Origin: Cenococcum geophilum
Taxonomy: Eukaryota
Direction of reading: 5' to 3'
DNA: 64,000 nucleotides
NCBI GenBank assembly: GCA_050273025.1
Contig: CP158635.1
Coordinates: 33,170,001-33,234,000 of the forward strand
Shown here piece by piece: positions 14,701 through 27,190 of the stretch. The position numbers and the translations under genes are program-made. Below the pieces are notes generated by a model. It made no database searches, was not told where the DNA came from, and saw only the letters and a list, made by a program, of their open reading frames with translations. Numbering within the stretch: position 1 is the first letter of the stretch; the number at the start of each line of letters is the position of its first letter.

Positions 14701-17369
14701 CTTACTAAAGAAGAAGGTAGAGTACTAAAAGAGTTTATCTAGGAGAACCTATAAAAGGGATATATTAGACTATTGTAGTTATTAGCGGGTTATCCAGTAC
14801 TGTTCGTACTAAAGAAAAATGGAAAACTTAGGCTATATATTAACTATAAATAGTTAAACAGCATTATAAGAAAGAATAGGTATCTTTTACCCTTAATTAG
14901 CGAAATCTAAGATAGGATAGGTAATATATAAATCTTTATAAAGATAGATCTAAGATAGGCATACTATTAGATTAGGATTAAAAAAGGTAACGAATAAAAA
15001 GCAGCTTTTAGGTTAAAGGAAGGACTATATAAACTATTAATTATACAATTTAGGCTTATAAACGCACTAGCAACGTTTTAGAAGCGAATTAATAATATAT
15101 TAGGAGAACACCTTAATGAGTTTGTTATGGTATACCTTAATAATATTATTGTCTACTTAATGACTAAGGAAGAAAATAGAGAATACGTTAAATAGGTCTT
15201 AAAGAGACTACAAGAAGAATAGATACTAGTAGTAATTAAAAAATGCGAGTTCTTTATAAGGAAGACCGATTTTATTAAATTTATTATTAAACTAGGTAAG
15301 TTAAATATAGACCTAAAGAAAATCGAAGCTATAGTAAATTGGTAAGAACTAAAGAACGTTATATAGTTAAGATCGTTCCTAGGGTTTTGCAATTACTATA
15401 GGAGGTTTATAGTATAATAGTTAAAGAATATTAAGCCGTTTACTTAATTAACAAAGAAAGAGGAACCGTGGGTATAGGTAAGCGAGTAAAAGAAGTTGTT
15501 TAGAGAACTTAAGGAGTTATTTACCTAGGAACTAATCCTTAAAATCTACCAACTAAAGCTAGAAACGGTTATAGAAATAAATATATTAGACTTTATACTA
15601 GGAGTATACTTTATATAGAGATATAAAGACGGATGGCACCTAGTGGCATACTATAGTAGAAAGATAACACTACTAGAACTAAACTATAACATCTATAATA
15701 AGGAGTTATTAGGTATAGTTATAGCATTAAAGAAATAGAGGGCATTCTTATAAGGTATAGAAAAACTATTTATAGTAAAAACGGATTATAAGAACCTAAT
15801 AGGATTCCTAATAACGAAGAAACTTAACTAAAGATAGGTTGGATGGGCAGAGACACTTATAGACTACTATTTTAAGATTTAGTATACTAAGGGTATAGAT
15901 AATATATAAGCAGACGCTCTAAGTAGAAAGGCTAAACTATAAAATAATAAAAAGCTATTAGGGGTTTTATTGCGAAAAGATATAGACGGATTAATTAGGT
16001 ACAATTATCTAAAAATCACAGTAACTTAAGAAGATAAGTTAGAAAGAGTCTACAAGATACTAGAAAGCTTTTAGGTATAAAGAATTCTAAAAGTATAGCT
16101 AGAAGATTTATAAGCGGATATATACAAAAACTAAAAAGCATAGCAGAGCACTTTATAGAAGATTTCTCTAAGGGAGTAACTTAAAGACATAATAAAGCTA
16201 TGGGCTTAGTGTTAAGACTCTAGAAGGAGTATATTATTAATAGAATCTAAAGTATAGTACGGAAAGTTATAAAAGAGTATTTAAATTGTTAAAGGAATAA
16301 ACTAATAAGGTATAAGCTCTATAGAGGGCTACAACCTATTAAAATACCAGAAAGACTATAGGAGGTTATATTATAGGACTTTATTATTAAATTACTAAAA
16401 TTAAAAGATCTTATTATAGGACAAGACTATAATATAATCTTAGTAATAGTAGATAAGCTTATAAAGTAGGGATACTTTATAGCCTATACAAAAGAAATCT
16501 TAGCGGAAGATATTACTAAAATCTATATTAAAGAAGTATTTATAAGATACGGAGCACTAAGTAAGATTATATTAGATAGAGATTTAAGATTTATAATAGT
16601 ATTCTAGGAGGTATTCTTAGCGGAGTAAGAAGTTAGAGTAGTAACTTTTATTATATATTATCTACAGACAGATAGTTAAATAAAAAGATTAAATTAGACA
16701 CTAGAGTAGTATTTAAAACACTATATTAATTACGTACAGAATAATTAGGTATTATTATTACCAGTTATATAGTTTATATATAATATAACACCTTAAGAAG
16801 GAATAGGTACGTCACTATTTAAGGCAAATTACGGATATAAGCTAAGAATATTATTATCGCCACGTTAAGTAAAGAAGATAAGTAGTATAGCTAAGTAAGG
16901 AATAGAGATTTTAATAAATCTTTATATAGACCTTATAGAAATAGCTAAGGTAGTATAGCAAAGAATAAAGAAATACTATAACGCTAAGAGATCTAAGGGA
17001 CTAGATCTTAAGGAGGGGGATAAAGTATAGCTACTATATAAAAATTTTAAGAGTTGATAACTAAGTAAGAAGTTAGACTACGTTAGACTAGGACCTTTTA
17101 AAATTATATAAAGGATTTTACCAGTTACGTTTAAATTAAACCTACTAGCTAAAATAAGAATTTACCTAGTATAGTATATTGCAATGCTAGAGCTAGTATA
17201 TAGGAATATTAAGCCACTAGTTTATAAAGTAGACACGTATAAAGGGTAAGAAGAGAATAAATAGTAAGTTTTAAAGATTATTAGTTATAAGAATATAGAT
17301 AATAAAACATAGTATAAAGTAAAGTAGATAGGCTATAATAAGACTACCTAAGAACTACTAGAAAATTTA

Positions 17370-18037
17370 AAGAACGCTATAGGAAAGGTATAGGAGTATT
17401 AAAGGAAAATAGGTTAGGTAATATTAATAAGGAAGAATCGCTAAAGAATAAGTTACCTAAGGGGGACCTAGGAAGAGCGACTGCTAAACTACTTAGAGTT
17501 ATTTCCTTTATTAGAAGAGAGTTAGTTCTTTTATTACTAAGTTCCTATAGACCTTATTCTATAAGTTTCTACTTCTTAAAATAGACCTTCTTACAAACTT
17601 TCTTAAAACGAAGAAGATAGGTAGATGCTATAATTTAAATATTTAGGGCCTTTTATTCCGCATTATAAGAACGCTTAAGTTTAATAAGAGCTTATAATAG
17701 CTTACTATTAAGCCTTATAGCGGTAAATTAAATATAAAACCCTATAATAAATTACTTAGGGAACTTAACGACTATTAAGAGTAATAGGACGTGTATACTT
17801 AGCGTTAGAGATAAAGCGAATATTATAAGACAAATAAATATTCGCTTTAGTGCACTCTAAGTAAAAAGAGGGTTGCTAGGAGAAAGGACTTACTAATATA
17901 ATATAAACTAACCCCTTTTTCGCACAATGAGAATATAGAGATAGTATTATCTTACTAAGTGATAGTATGCTAGCAATAGTATAAGTATAGCGTTGCGCTT
18001 ATAAAAATAAAGAAGGTTTAGAAACCTTAGAAGATAT
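17370..18037 (-). pseudogene. Antisense accessory ORF of Gypsy B: Zn(II)2Cys6-like cluster plus coiled coil, one 55-bp intron (17742-17796); RIP'd
   Basis: Minus frame reads YSHCAKKGLVYIILVSPFS*QPSFYLECTKANIYLSY (17935-17825). Restoring TAY to TGY gives C-x2-C-x6-C-x13-C-x2-C-x8-C. 3' end approximate. Confidence 0.7.
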
Positions 18038-18145
18038 AATAAGTAATAATATTAACTAAATTAATTAGACGAATATTACACCTTTAGTAAACAACTTAGA
18101 GATATTAGGAATCTTTAAGGACGAAGATAAAGAGAAGAGAGATAG

Positions 18146-18566
18146 TATTACGGACGCTTTAAGTATAATGCTATAACTACTTAGAGAAGGGTTAGAAGAA
18201 GCTAGTTAGTTAATAAGAGTACGGTCTAAGATAGAGCCGGTAGAACTATATAATAAGGAATAGTAAGCAAGTTATATAATATTATACGCAGTGTACGTAG
18301 TGTATAAAGGGAATGTACGTATAATACGTATAACACGTACATTATATATAAGAAGGATTTCTTAGGAGTACGGTTGCGTATTTAAAGACCCTTAGTCCCT
18401 ACCTAGATAGTTCCTTCCTTATAGTAATTCTTATAATATAATTGGAGTTAATCTATTAGGCAACCACTCTACTAGTTATTATTACGTTATTAACTTAATT
18501 TACATCACCTATACACCTAGCCTATTAACGAGCCTATTATAGTACTTGCTATAAGGTTCTATTACA
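18146..18566 (+). repeat. 3' LTR of Gypsy B
   Basis: Matches 4620-5040; preceded by a purine tract and followed by TSD CTATC. Confidence 0.95.
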
Positions 18567-19254
18567 CTATCTTCTTACTAAATAAGTTATAAAAAGCTAT
18601 AAATAACCCGTTACCCGGACAAAAAAACAAGCCTCCCCTACTAATTTAAGTAAACGGTAATAATAAATAGAAAGTTAATAAAGTACTAGCTAGTAAAATA
18701 GTATAGAAAATACTAAAATACCGTGTTTAATAGAAGGGCTATAATCTGGACCTAACTTAGTACCCTATATAGAACTTTATAGGCTGCCCCTAGAAGCTTA
18801 AGGAGTTCTATAGCTAATACCCTAATACATCCGGACCCCTAAAGTACCTAGATAAGTAGATAGAATACTAATATAATAAAGATAATAGGTTACTGAAAGA
18901 GTATAGGGATAAGAACGCCCTAAGGCCCTAATACAAAGAAAAAAAATAAAAGCCTATTACGACACACGTGTACCCAAATTCGCGCGTTACGTAAGACCTT
19001 TAAATGTCTAGGAACTTCGACCGCTAGTTAAAGTTATCTAATTAGTTAAATCCTCGCCAAGAATTTTAGTGGCTACTCTTTATAGCCTAGTGTTTTTTTA
19101 TATAACCTACTGTCGCTTTTTACACGTAGTTAGGACGTACTTGCGTCTCCTTTTCCCCCTTATCCTATACTTATAATATTACGTTTTATAAGCCTAGTGC
19201 TATCTTATTCCTAACTAAGCCTAAGGGCAGGCTTTCTTTTAAAGAGGGGGGTAA

Positions 19255-19465
19255 TGTAACGGCGCTGCGGCACGCTACCTGCCAAATTCTGCTATATTCT
19301 GCCAACCTATAATTAGCTCGCCTACTGCTAGCGCCTTAGCGGCTGCCCCTATATATTTGTTTATATTAGTCCTAGTAACCCCTTTTCCTTTCTCTTTAGC
19401 TTAGTATCTTCGTAATATAGTATTCTATAAGCTTTAGTTTAGAGGTATTTATATAAGCCGTAACA
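19255..19465 (+). repeat. 3' LTR of Gypsy A (211 bp)
   Basis: TGTAAC...GTAACA after the PPT; matches 42646-42856. Confidence 0.93.
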
Positions 19466-21017
19466 GTACGATTTAATTAATTGGTTAGTAGGTAGTGTAA
19501 TTTATAAGTACGAGCCAAGCTTATAACTGTAAGCTTTATAGTATAGGAGAATTAAATAAGCAACTTAATTATAAATCTATAGAAATTAAGTAGTATAAAT
19601 ATATAAAAGTAGACTCCTAACTCTAAAACCTATAACTTATTTTAACCATATCTAAAACATATAAGAGTAGTGCTGACGCTGTCTCAGAGCCTTCCAGGCG
19701 GCGATCTTGTGACTTAGTATAGTACTAGTAGTTAGTTATAAAAATTATCCTCCTTTATTAGGGAAATCTAAACTAACTATAAGATACTAGCTATAAAGGC
19801 TAACCCTACCTACTAATAGGATGTCTAGGCCTATAACCTAGTCTTTGCTTAAGAAAACGCCTGCTATAAAGTTAAAAAAAAAACTCTATACTAATAAAGA
19901 TACTCTCCTAAAGCACTATATTTAAAGAGGACTCTATATATAAAAGTAGGATAGATAATAATAAAGATAATATTTAAATTATATAGATCTAACTAGTATA
20001 GAATTTTTTTTAATAGGATATAAGAGATAACCTTTAAAAGATGCAATAGGAGCTAAAAGTAATAATAACGCTAGTACCTTAGAAGTCCCTAAAGTTATAT
20101 ACGCCCCTATTATTATATAACCCCCCTATAGTAAACATTACTATAATTAACGCTATATCGTTCCACTTTAATATATACTAGAAGAAGAATAAGGTCTTTA
20201 TAATAAGCCTATATAAGATTAACTAAATTATTAATAATAGGGAGGAGAAGCTAGCTAAGAAAACCAATAAGGAACTAGTTAAATACCTCCTTTTTACTAT
20301 TTATATAAATTATAAAAATGTATTTTTAAAGGCGGCTTTAAATAAGTTACCCCCCCCCCCTTACTAGATATATAATTATAAGATTTAATTAAAGGCTAAT
20401 AACTTACTAGGCTATAGCCCCCTCCACTAATAATTAATAGATAAGCTAAAAGCAATAAAGTAGTACTTAATTAATAACCTAGATAAAGGGTTTATTAAGC
20501 TAAGTTAAGCCCCGTTTACTTCCCCTATCCTATTTATAAAAAAGCCTAATAAAGGCCTTTGTTTTTATATTAACTATTAAAAGCTAAGCGCTATTACTTA
20601 AAAGGATTAATATCCTATTCCCTTAATTAACAAATCTTTTATATATTTAAGCCAGGTAAAGATCTTTACTAAACTTAATATTTACTAAGCTTTCTACTAA
20701 ATTAGAATAGACCCTATATTTAAATTTTTAATAATATTCTATACCTATTATAGTTTCTATAAATATAAAGTTTTTTCTTTTAAACTAATAAACGGACTGG
20801 CTATATACTAAAGGCATATAAATAATGTTCTTTTTAATTACCTTAATAAGTTTTACACAGTATACCTAGATAATATCCTTATATACTTAAACAATAAACT
20901 TAAATATTAAGTTTATATTAAAAAGTTCCTAAAGAGACTATAGAACGCGGGCTTATAAGTTAATATTAAGAAATATAAGTTTGGGGTAAAATATATAAAA
21001 TGCCTTAGGTTTATTGT

Positions 21018-24000
21018 TATCGGAACATTAGTTATATAATATAGTCACGAGACTACGAAGCGAGGCTAGCTAACCTGACCTTAGAGCAACCCCTTACTTC
21101 TAAACAATAATAACTACCAACTTTAATACCGCATACGTATCGCAATACAGTGATATTTATATACGTTAATAATGCAAGTATACCGACACTAATTAGTAGA
21201 CGTATAGATTAGGAAATACGCAATAGCTAGTACTTGAGAAGTAGTACTAGAAACAGTTCACGATCGCCTAGTTCTTATCTGTTTTATCAAAGGAGAAGAC
21301 TACAACTTCTACTCACGCTTAAGAGAATTTGTACTAGCTTTACAGCTAATATAACAGATCGCTAAGAGAATAGCAGCCTTGCTAAAAACTATTCTATAGG
21401 CCCTACGGCTATAGAAACGTATATAAACCTTAACCTTAACTCCAACCTCAACCTTAACCTTAACCTCAAACCTATAGACCTCTCTTCTAAAAATAGATTC
21501 CGAATGGGCCGAGAAGATCTTAAGGTACGGGGACGGGATTGATACAGTAAATGCTATGAAAGATAAATTAGGAGAATATATAGAAATAAAGGTCTATATA
21601 TATATACAGGAGAACTTTATAGACTACACATTATGGACAGTATTTAAGGAGGAATTTAAAGGCTTTACTACTGAGGATTTTAGACGCATGCAAATCAATA
21701 TAAGAGCAAAATTACGCACTTATCTACTTAAGAGGGGAGTGTATATAGGAAGGCACAATAATAGATATTCAATCTTAGAAGCATTATTCGACCTCCTTTA
21801 AGAGGAAGAACCTTATAAATGGATAGATGAGGAAATCATAGGAGCTCTTAAGGAAATCAGCCCTATAATTACAGTAGCATTATAAGAATAACTTAACTCT
21901 ACACAAATAGCTCTAACATTAAATTAAGCTATACCCCTATTAGTTATAGCCTCTTTAGTTCCTATAACCCCCTCTTATAGCTTACTACCTTCCTATACGG
22001 TGCCAACGCCTATAAACCATCAACTACCCCTACTACCTCCAACGCTTGTGATTTAGCCTATAGCTACGGCTATAACACCTAGAACGTAAATACCTACCCC
22101 TATAATACCCCAACCAGCTATTATATCTATACCCTAGCAAACTATACTAACCGCTACACAACAGCAAGCTACACCTACCTCTACCTAAGATCAACTACTT
22201 ACCCTCCTTACTTAACTCCTACAGACGCAGAATTAGCAATTATTGCCTGCGGTAACTGCCTCTACCCTCCCTTTAGTAACTACTTCTACCCTACCTAATG
22301 CTCCTCCCGCCTAGTATCTTTACCCTAGTACTGCTAATACTAATCCTACTATGTACTTGCCTATATATAGCAAAGAGGTAGCTACTATTACTAAGATCTA
22401 TACGGACGGCCAGAAGTATAATAGAGTAAGTGATAGCTTTAACTTCAAGTTAACTATCTTTTATAATATCTGCAAGAGAGCTAGTCTACCTCCTAAAGGC
22501 TATATAACTGCATTCCCAACTATACTAAAGGGACTTACTTAGGATCACTACTATAATAGCAGCCTTCTAACTAGATTATTTACTAAGGTATATAACTATA
22601 TACGTTACTTCTTTAAAGGACTAGAGTACTATTAGAGAAACCTTACTAAATGGAACGCCACTAACTTTTAAGAAATTATTAACGAAAACCCTAATAAGCA
22701 AATCTATTAGAGTTTCCAACTACTTATTAATAAGCTCTTAAAATATCGCTATAGGTTACACCTAGAGTTTTGTATAGACCTCTTCCTTATAAATAAGCTA
22801 GTTACCGCTTGCTAAGGAGTACTAGTATACCGTATTACCATTTCCAACCCTTCTAAAGATCTCTCCCAGTTAATTAGTAAGTTATAATCTTCTATAGTTA
22901 TATAGGAGAAGGAACACCCTTTCTAAGCCTTAATGAGACCGTCTTAAGGAGCCTACTTTACGGATCGCATATACCGCTATAACACCTATAACAGCTATGA
23001 TTAAACCCGCTCCTATAGATAAAACACCATTAGATCCCTAAAGGCCAAGTACTATATTTGCTAAAAGGAGAGCTGCCGCTTATAGAAATATATAAAGGAG
23101 GAGCGGAACCGTTCTAGAGATAAATATAAAAGACGTTTTAACAATAATAAGGGCCGTAACGGTAACTTTAAAGAACGCTTTAGACAATATACTATCTACT
23201 ATAAAGGAGATAATAACAATAAGTGTAATAAGACTTTTAAAGCTCTTGTGCTAGACATAAATGCTAATAAAAACCCTAATAACGATAATAGTAAAGAAGA
23301 ATTAGAAGACCCTAACGGCTGCTACTTTATATTATTTGGGACTCTTACTATAGATAAAGTAACCTCTATAAGCGTAGAACTAGCCAATAAGGCTTATGCT
23401 TACTTACTTACTATAACCTCTACGGAACCTACTACGGAAACTAACCCGTTTAACTATAATACAACAACCGCCGCTTTACGCTATACTTCCATGGTATTTA
23501 TAGGAATTATAATCGATACTAGTGCGTTAAAGAAGTTTACGGCCGGTTATAGACAATTTTAGGCACTATAGAACGCGGACTAATCTGTAAGACTTAATAC
23601 CTTAACTAAAGGACAAGTTAACGTGCAGTTCGGTATTAGAATTGCTGCCTTCATTAGAACTACAGATGTTGCCACCCCTATAGGCAAGATACAGTTTTAT
23701 ATTATCTATATAGATACCCCCTTCTTACTCTATTTAGCGGATATAAATAAACTCTAAATTTACTACAATAACCTTAGAAACGTTATCATCACTTATATTA
23801 AAAAAGTGCCAGTAGTGCAACGGTTTGGCTACCCATTTCTCTTATAGAACTTATTACTACAGTTATATTTATCTAAATCCTTTAACGCGAACCCCTGCTA
23901 CTTAATAGATATAGAGCTACGGCGCCTATATCGCCGATTTAGATATCCCTTAATTAAGAAATTATAAAAGCTACTCTACTATGCTGGCCATAAAACTAAT

Positions 24001-27000
24001 AGAATGGCCATTAAGTAACTAACCAAGTTCTGCCACCACTATTAGAAGTTTAGTAAATTACTAGGTAGATTCCGCTTCACCCTATAAAACAACGTTAATT
24101 TTAACTACAATATTATCGTTGATATCATATACATTAGCAGATTACCCCTCCTATACATTGTTAATAAAGGAACGCGATTCTAAGCCGGTAGATAGCTATG
24201 AGATATTAGCGCTAAATACATATAGGACGTTCTATAGATGTGCTGAATTAATACCTACCTAGGGCTATTAAACCTAATTACCCACAACACCAGAAAAAAC
24301 TTCGTTAGTAAGGAATTTAAGCAATACGCTACTATTATGGGAATTAGTATAAAGGGAGTACTAGTTAAAGCACATAACTCTATTAGAATGGTAGAGCGCT
24401 ACTATAGTCTACTACGGCGAGCCTACTAGATTATTATAACTAAAATCCCTAAAATTAATAAGGAGATGGGACTCTAAATAGCGTTTAAAGCAATTAACGA
24501 TTTAGCTAGCCTTAAAGGACTAGTTCCCATACTTCTAGTCTTTAGAGCCTATCCCCAAATGGTTAAATCCAATATACCATCCCCTACGGTTATATAACGC
24601 GCTGCCGCAATTAAAAAGGCTATAGTAGAGATATAGAAGCTACGAGCTAAACGATAGATTGCTAATGCGCTAAATATGCGAAACGGACCTAATGCTGATG
24701 CGATTTATGATCTCCCACTAAATTTGCCCGTTTTAGTCTGGAGAGAAGGAAATACTAGCTAAAGCGGCCATTAGGACGGGCTATTTACCTTACTTATTAT
24801 TAAAGGTAAAACATATACCGTTAAGCTATCTAGCGGACCTATAGCCTTTTAATCTATGGTTATAAAACCCTACCTTTAAGCAACTAAACTGTAGGAGTAA
24901 ATTGTTGGACCGGAATTGCTACCTAAACCTCTATTTAGGTCAGTCCTTTTTAAGACTATCCTAGAGAGACCTACTAAAGCTTAGTAATAACCCCTAAAAT
25001 AAGGCAGAGGACGCCCTTATAAATACCCTCTATTTATAGCTATAACTAATATCACTATCTACCTACAGGATGACAGTTAATTTAGTACTTAATTCAGCGC
25101 CTTTTAACAAAGGGAGCTCACTAGTCTACTTAAGAAGGGAGTTTTTAAGATCGTGAGACTTACGGATATACTACAAGGCGTATAACTCTTTAATTTGTGA
25201 TTTATTAACGAGATTAAGAATAAGGGAACCGATAAGGCCTTTAAGAAATCCCGACTAGTTATATAAGCTTATAATAACTTAAAAAAGGAACTGGTTCTTA
25301 CCTAATCACTAACTATTTAATAAGTCAGCCAACGATTAATTCTTTATATCGCCGCCATAAAGCTTCTATAGGTATGACTTTACCTCTAAGATATTTTATA
25401 GGCCTATATATAATTAACCACTATACTAAATTAAGAGTTTTATATACGACCTCCGCATAAGCTAATTAAGCAACTTAGGATTAACGAGGCCTCCGTTTTA
25501 AAGGTTATAAAACCACTTTATAGAGTACCGGAAGCCGGTAACCACTGGTTTAAGACATATCACTTATATTACATCCAATAGTTATAAATAAACTAGTCTA
25601 CGTACAACCCCTGTCTCCTATAGAGCAATAAACCCTTTAGTATTATAGGCCTATAAACCAATAATACTCTATTTCTAGTAGATAAGACCTTTATAAACGT
25701 AGAGCAAAACGAGCTGTATAAGGCTAAGTTTATAGCTAAGGAACGGGAACAACTTACCGTTAATACGCCCATTAAGTTCAATAGTGGAGTTATTCAGCTA
25801 CTAACTAACGGGAGTATTACGCTTACTTAGGAACGACAATGCATAAACCTTAATATAATTAGTATAAAACTTGCTATAAGTATGGGATTAAGAGGAGCTA
25901 CAAGAACCTTAACCCTAAAGGACTAGTATATCGCTTAACGTGCTAGAGGTACATATATTGCTTTAGTTTGCCAGCTAAAAGCCTTATTTAATTTATCCTT
26001 TGCCGCCTAGGTAATTAACCCTAATAAGGAAGATATAAAACGGTTAAATAAGCGTCTAAACTGGTAAATTGAGAACGCTAATAGAGGCCTTAAGTTCGTT
26101 AAGTTAGATATTAAAACCCTATAGCTACTGGTATTTACAGACGCGTTATTTACTAATAATAAGGACCTCTCTTTGTAGATCGGCTACGTTATCGTACTAG
26201 CTAATGCTATAAAGAAGGCCAATATTATTTATTGAAGCTTAGTTAAATGCAAAAGAGTTACTTGGAGCGTACTAGCTTCTAAACTCTACGGCACAGCCTA
26301 TAGCTTTAACATTGGCGTTGCGATTAAGTCTATAGTAGATAAGATCCTATAAATTAACCTTTTACTTATACTTTATACTAACTTTAAGTCCTTATATAAC
26401 TGTCTAGTACGACTTAAAACCACCTAAGAAAAACGCCTAATAATTAATGTAATGTGCCTCCGGCAAGCTTACGAACGGAGACAAATTATAGAGGTAAAAT
26501 GGATTAATAAAGAGGCCAACCCTGCTAACGCTATAACGAAGGGAAAACCCTGCGCGGCTCTTTAATGACTTATTAATACGAACCGAATCGACCTATAAGT
26601 TATAGGATAAGTTAAATAAGTAAACTTAGATTTAGCTTAGCGTTATATAACTAATTATAATAGTATGGACCCTAAATTTAACTAGCTAATTAGGGTTTTC
26701 CATCCCCGGGATAAAAAATCGCTATTAGCTCGCTTACTACTAGCGCCTTAGCGGCCCTTGCGATATATTAACCTACTACCCCTAACAATTCTTCTTCTTC
26801 TCCTTAGCTTAGTATCTTCGTAATACAGCATTCTACAAGCTTTAGTTTAGAGGTATTTATATAAGCCATAACATAGGTTATATAATTACGGACCTATAAA
26901 AGGAGCGTGAAAGCTACTGCGTATTAATTAGATCTCTAGCTATTACGTATACGCTATAAATAGTCTAGAAGTAAGCTTAACTTTAGAGTAGATTAGCCTT

Positions 27001-27190
27001 CTTTTTAGAGTTACTCTAGTGTCGGAACGTTAGTTATGTGATGTAGTTATAAGACCATAAAGCGAGGCTAGCTAACCTAACCTTAGAGTAACCCCTTACT
27101 TCTAGACAATAATAACTACTAACTTTAATACCGCATACGTATCGCAACATAGTGATATTCGTGCATGTTAATAATGCGAGTATACCGACA
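21018..27190 (+). mobile_element. Ty1/Copia LTR retrotransposon D (full length, RIP'd), nested in the RT of A'
   Basis: 171-bp LTRs 21018-21188 and 27020-27190; TSD ATTGT (21013-21017 / 27191-27195); PBS-like ctaattagtag; gag fragments (ORFs at 21556, 22351, 23248); IN-RT-RH order. Confidence 0.95.

Larger units (their letters stand above)
4620..18566 (+). mobile_element. Ty3/Gypsy LTR retrotransposon B (full length, RIP'd), nested in A
   Basis: 421-bp LTRs 4620-5040 and 18146-18566; TSD CTATC (4615-4619 / 18567-18571); gag from ~5086, zinc knuckle ~12190-12240, protease ~14160, RT YLNN (=YLDD) ~15133, integrase, chromodomain ~17260-17400, PPT 18124-18145. Confidence 0.95.
1..19465 (+). mobile_element. 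Ty3/Gypsy chromovirus-type LTR retrotransposon A, RIP-inactivated; 5' LTR outside the window; interrupted by element B at 4620-18566
   Basis: gag remnant 1-~918, protease, RT with YLDD at 2484-2495, RNase H, integrase to ~4619. Resumes at 18572 with a chromodomain (~18670-18810), polypurine tract (PPT) aaagaggggg ~19241-19251 and 3' LTR. Confidence 0.93.

Noticed and set aside
21427..21470. Telomere-like repeat
   Set aside because: It is (aacctt/aacctc)n within the Copia D gag region, not (CCCTAA)n.
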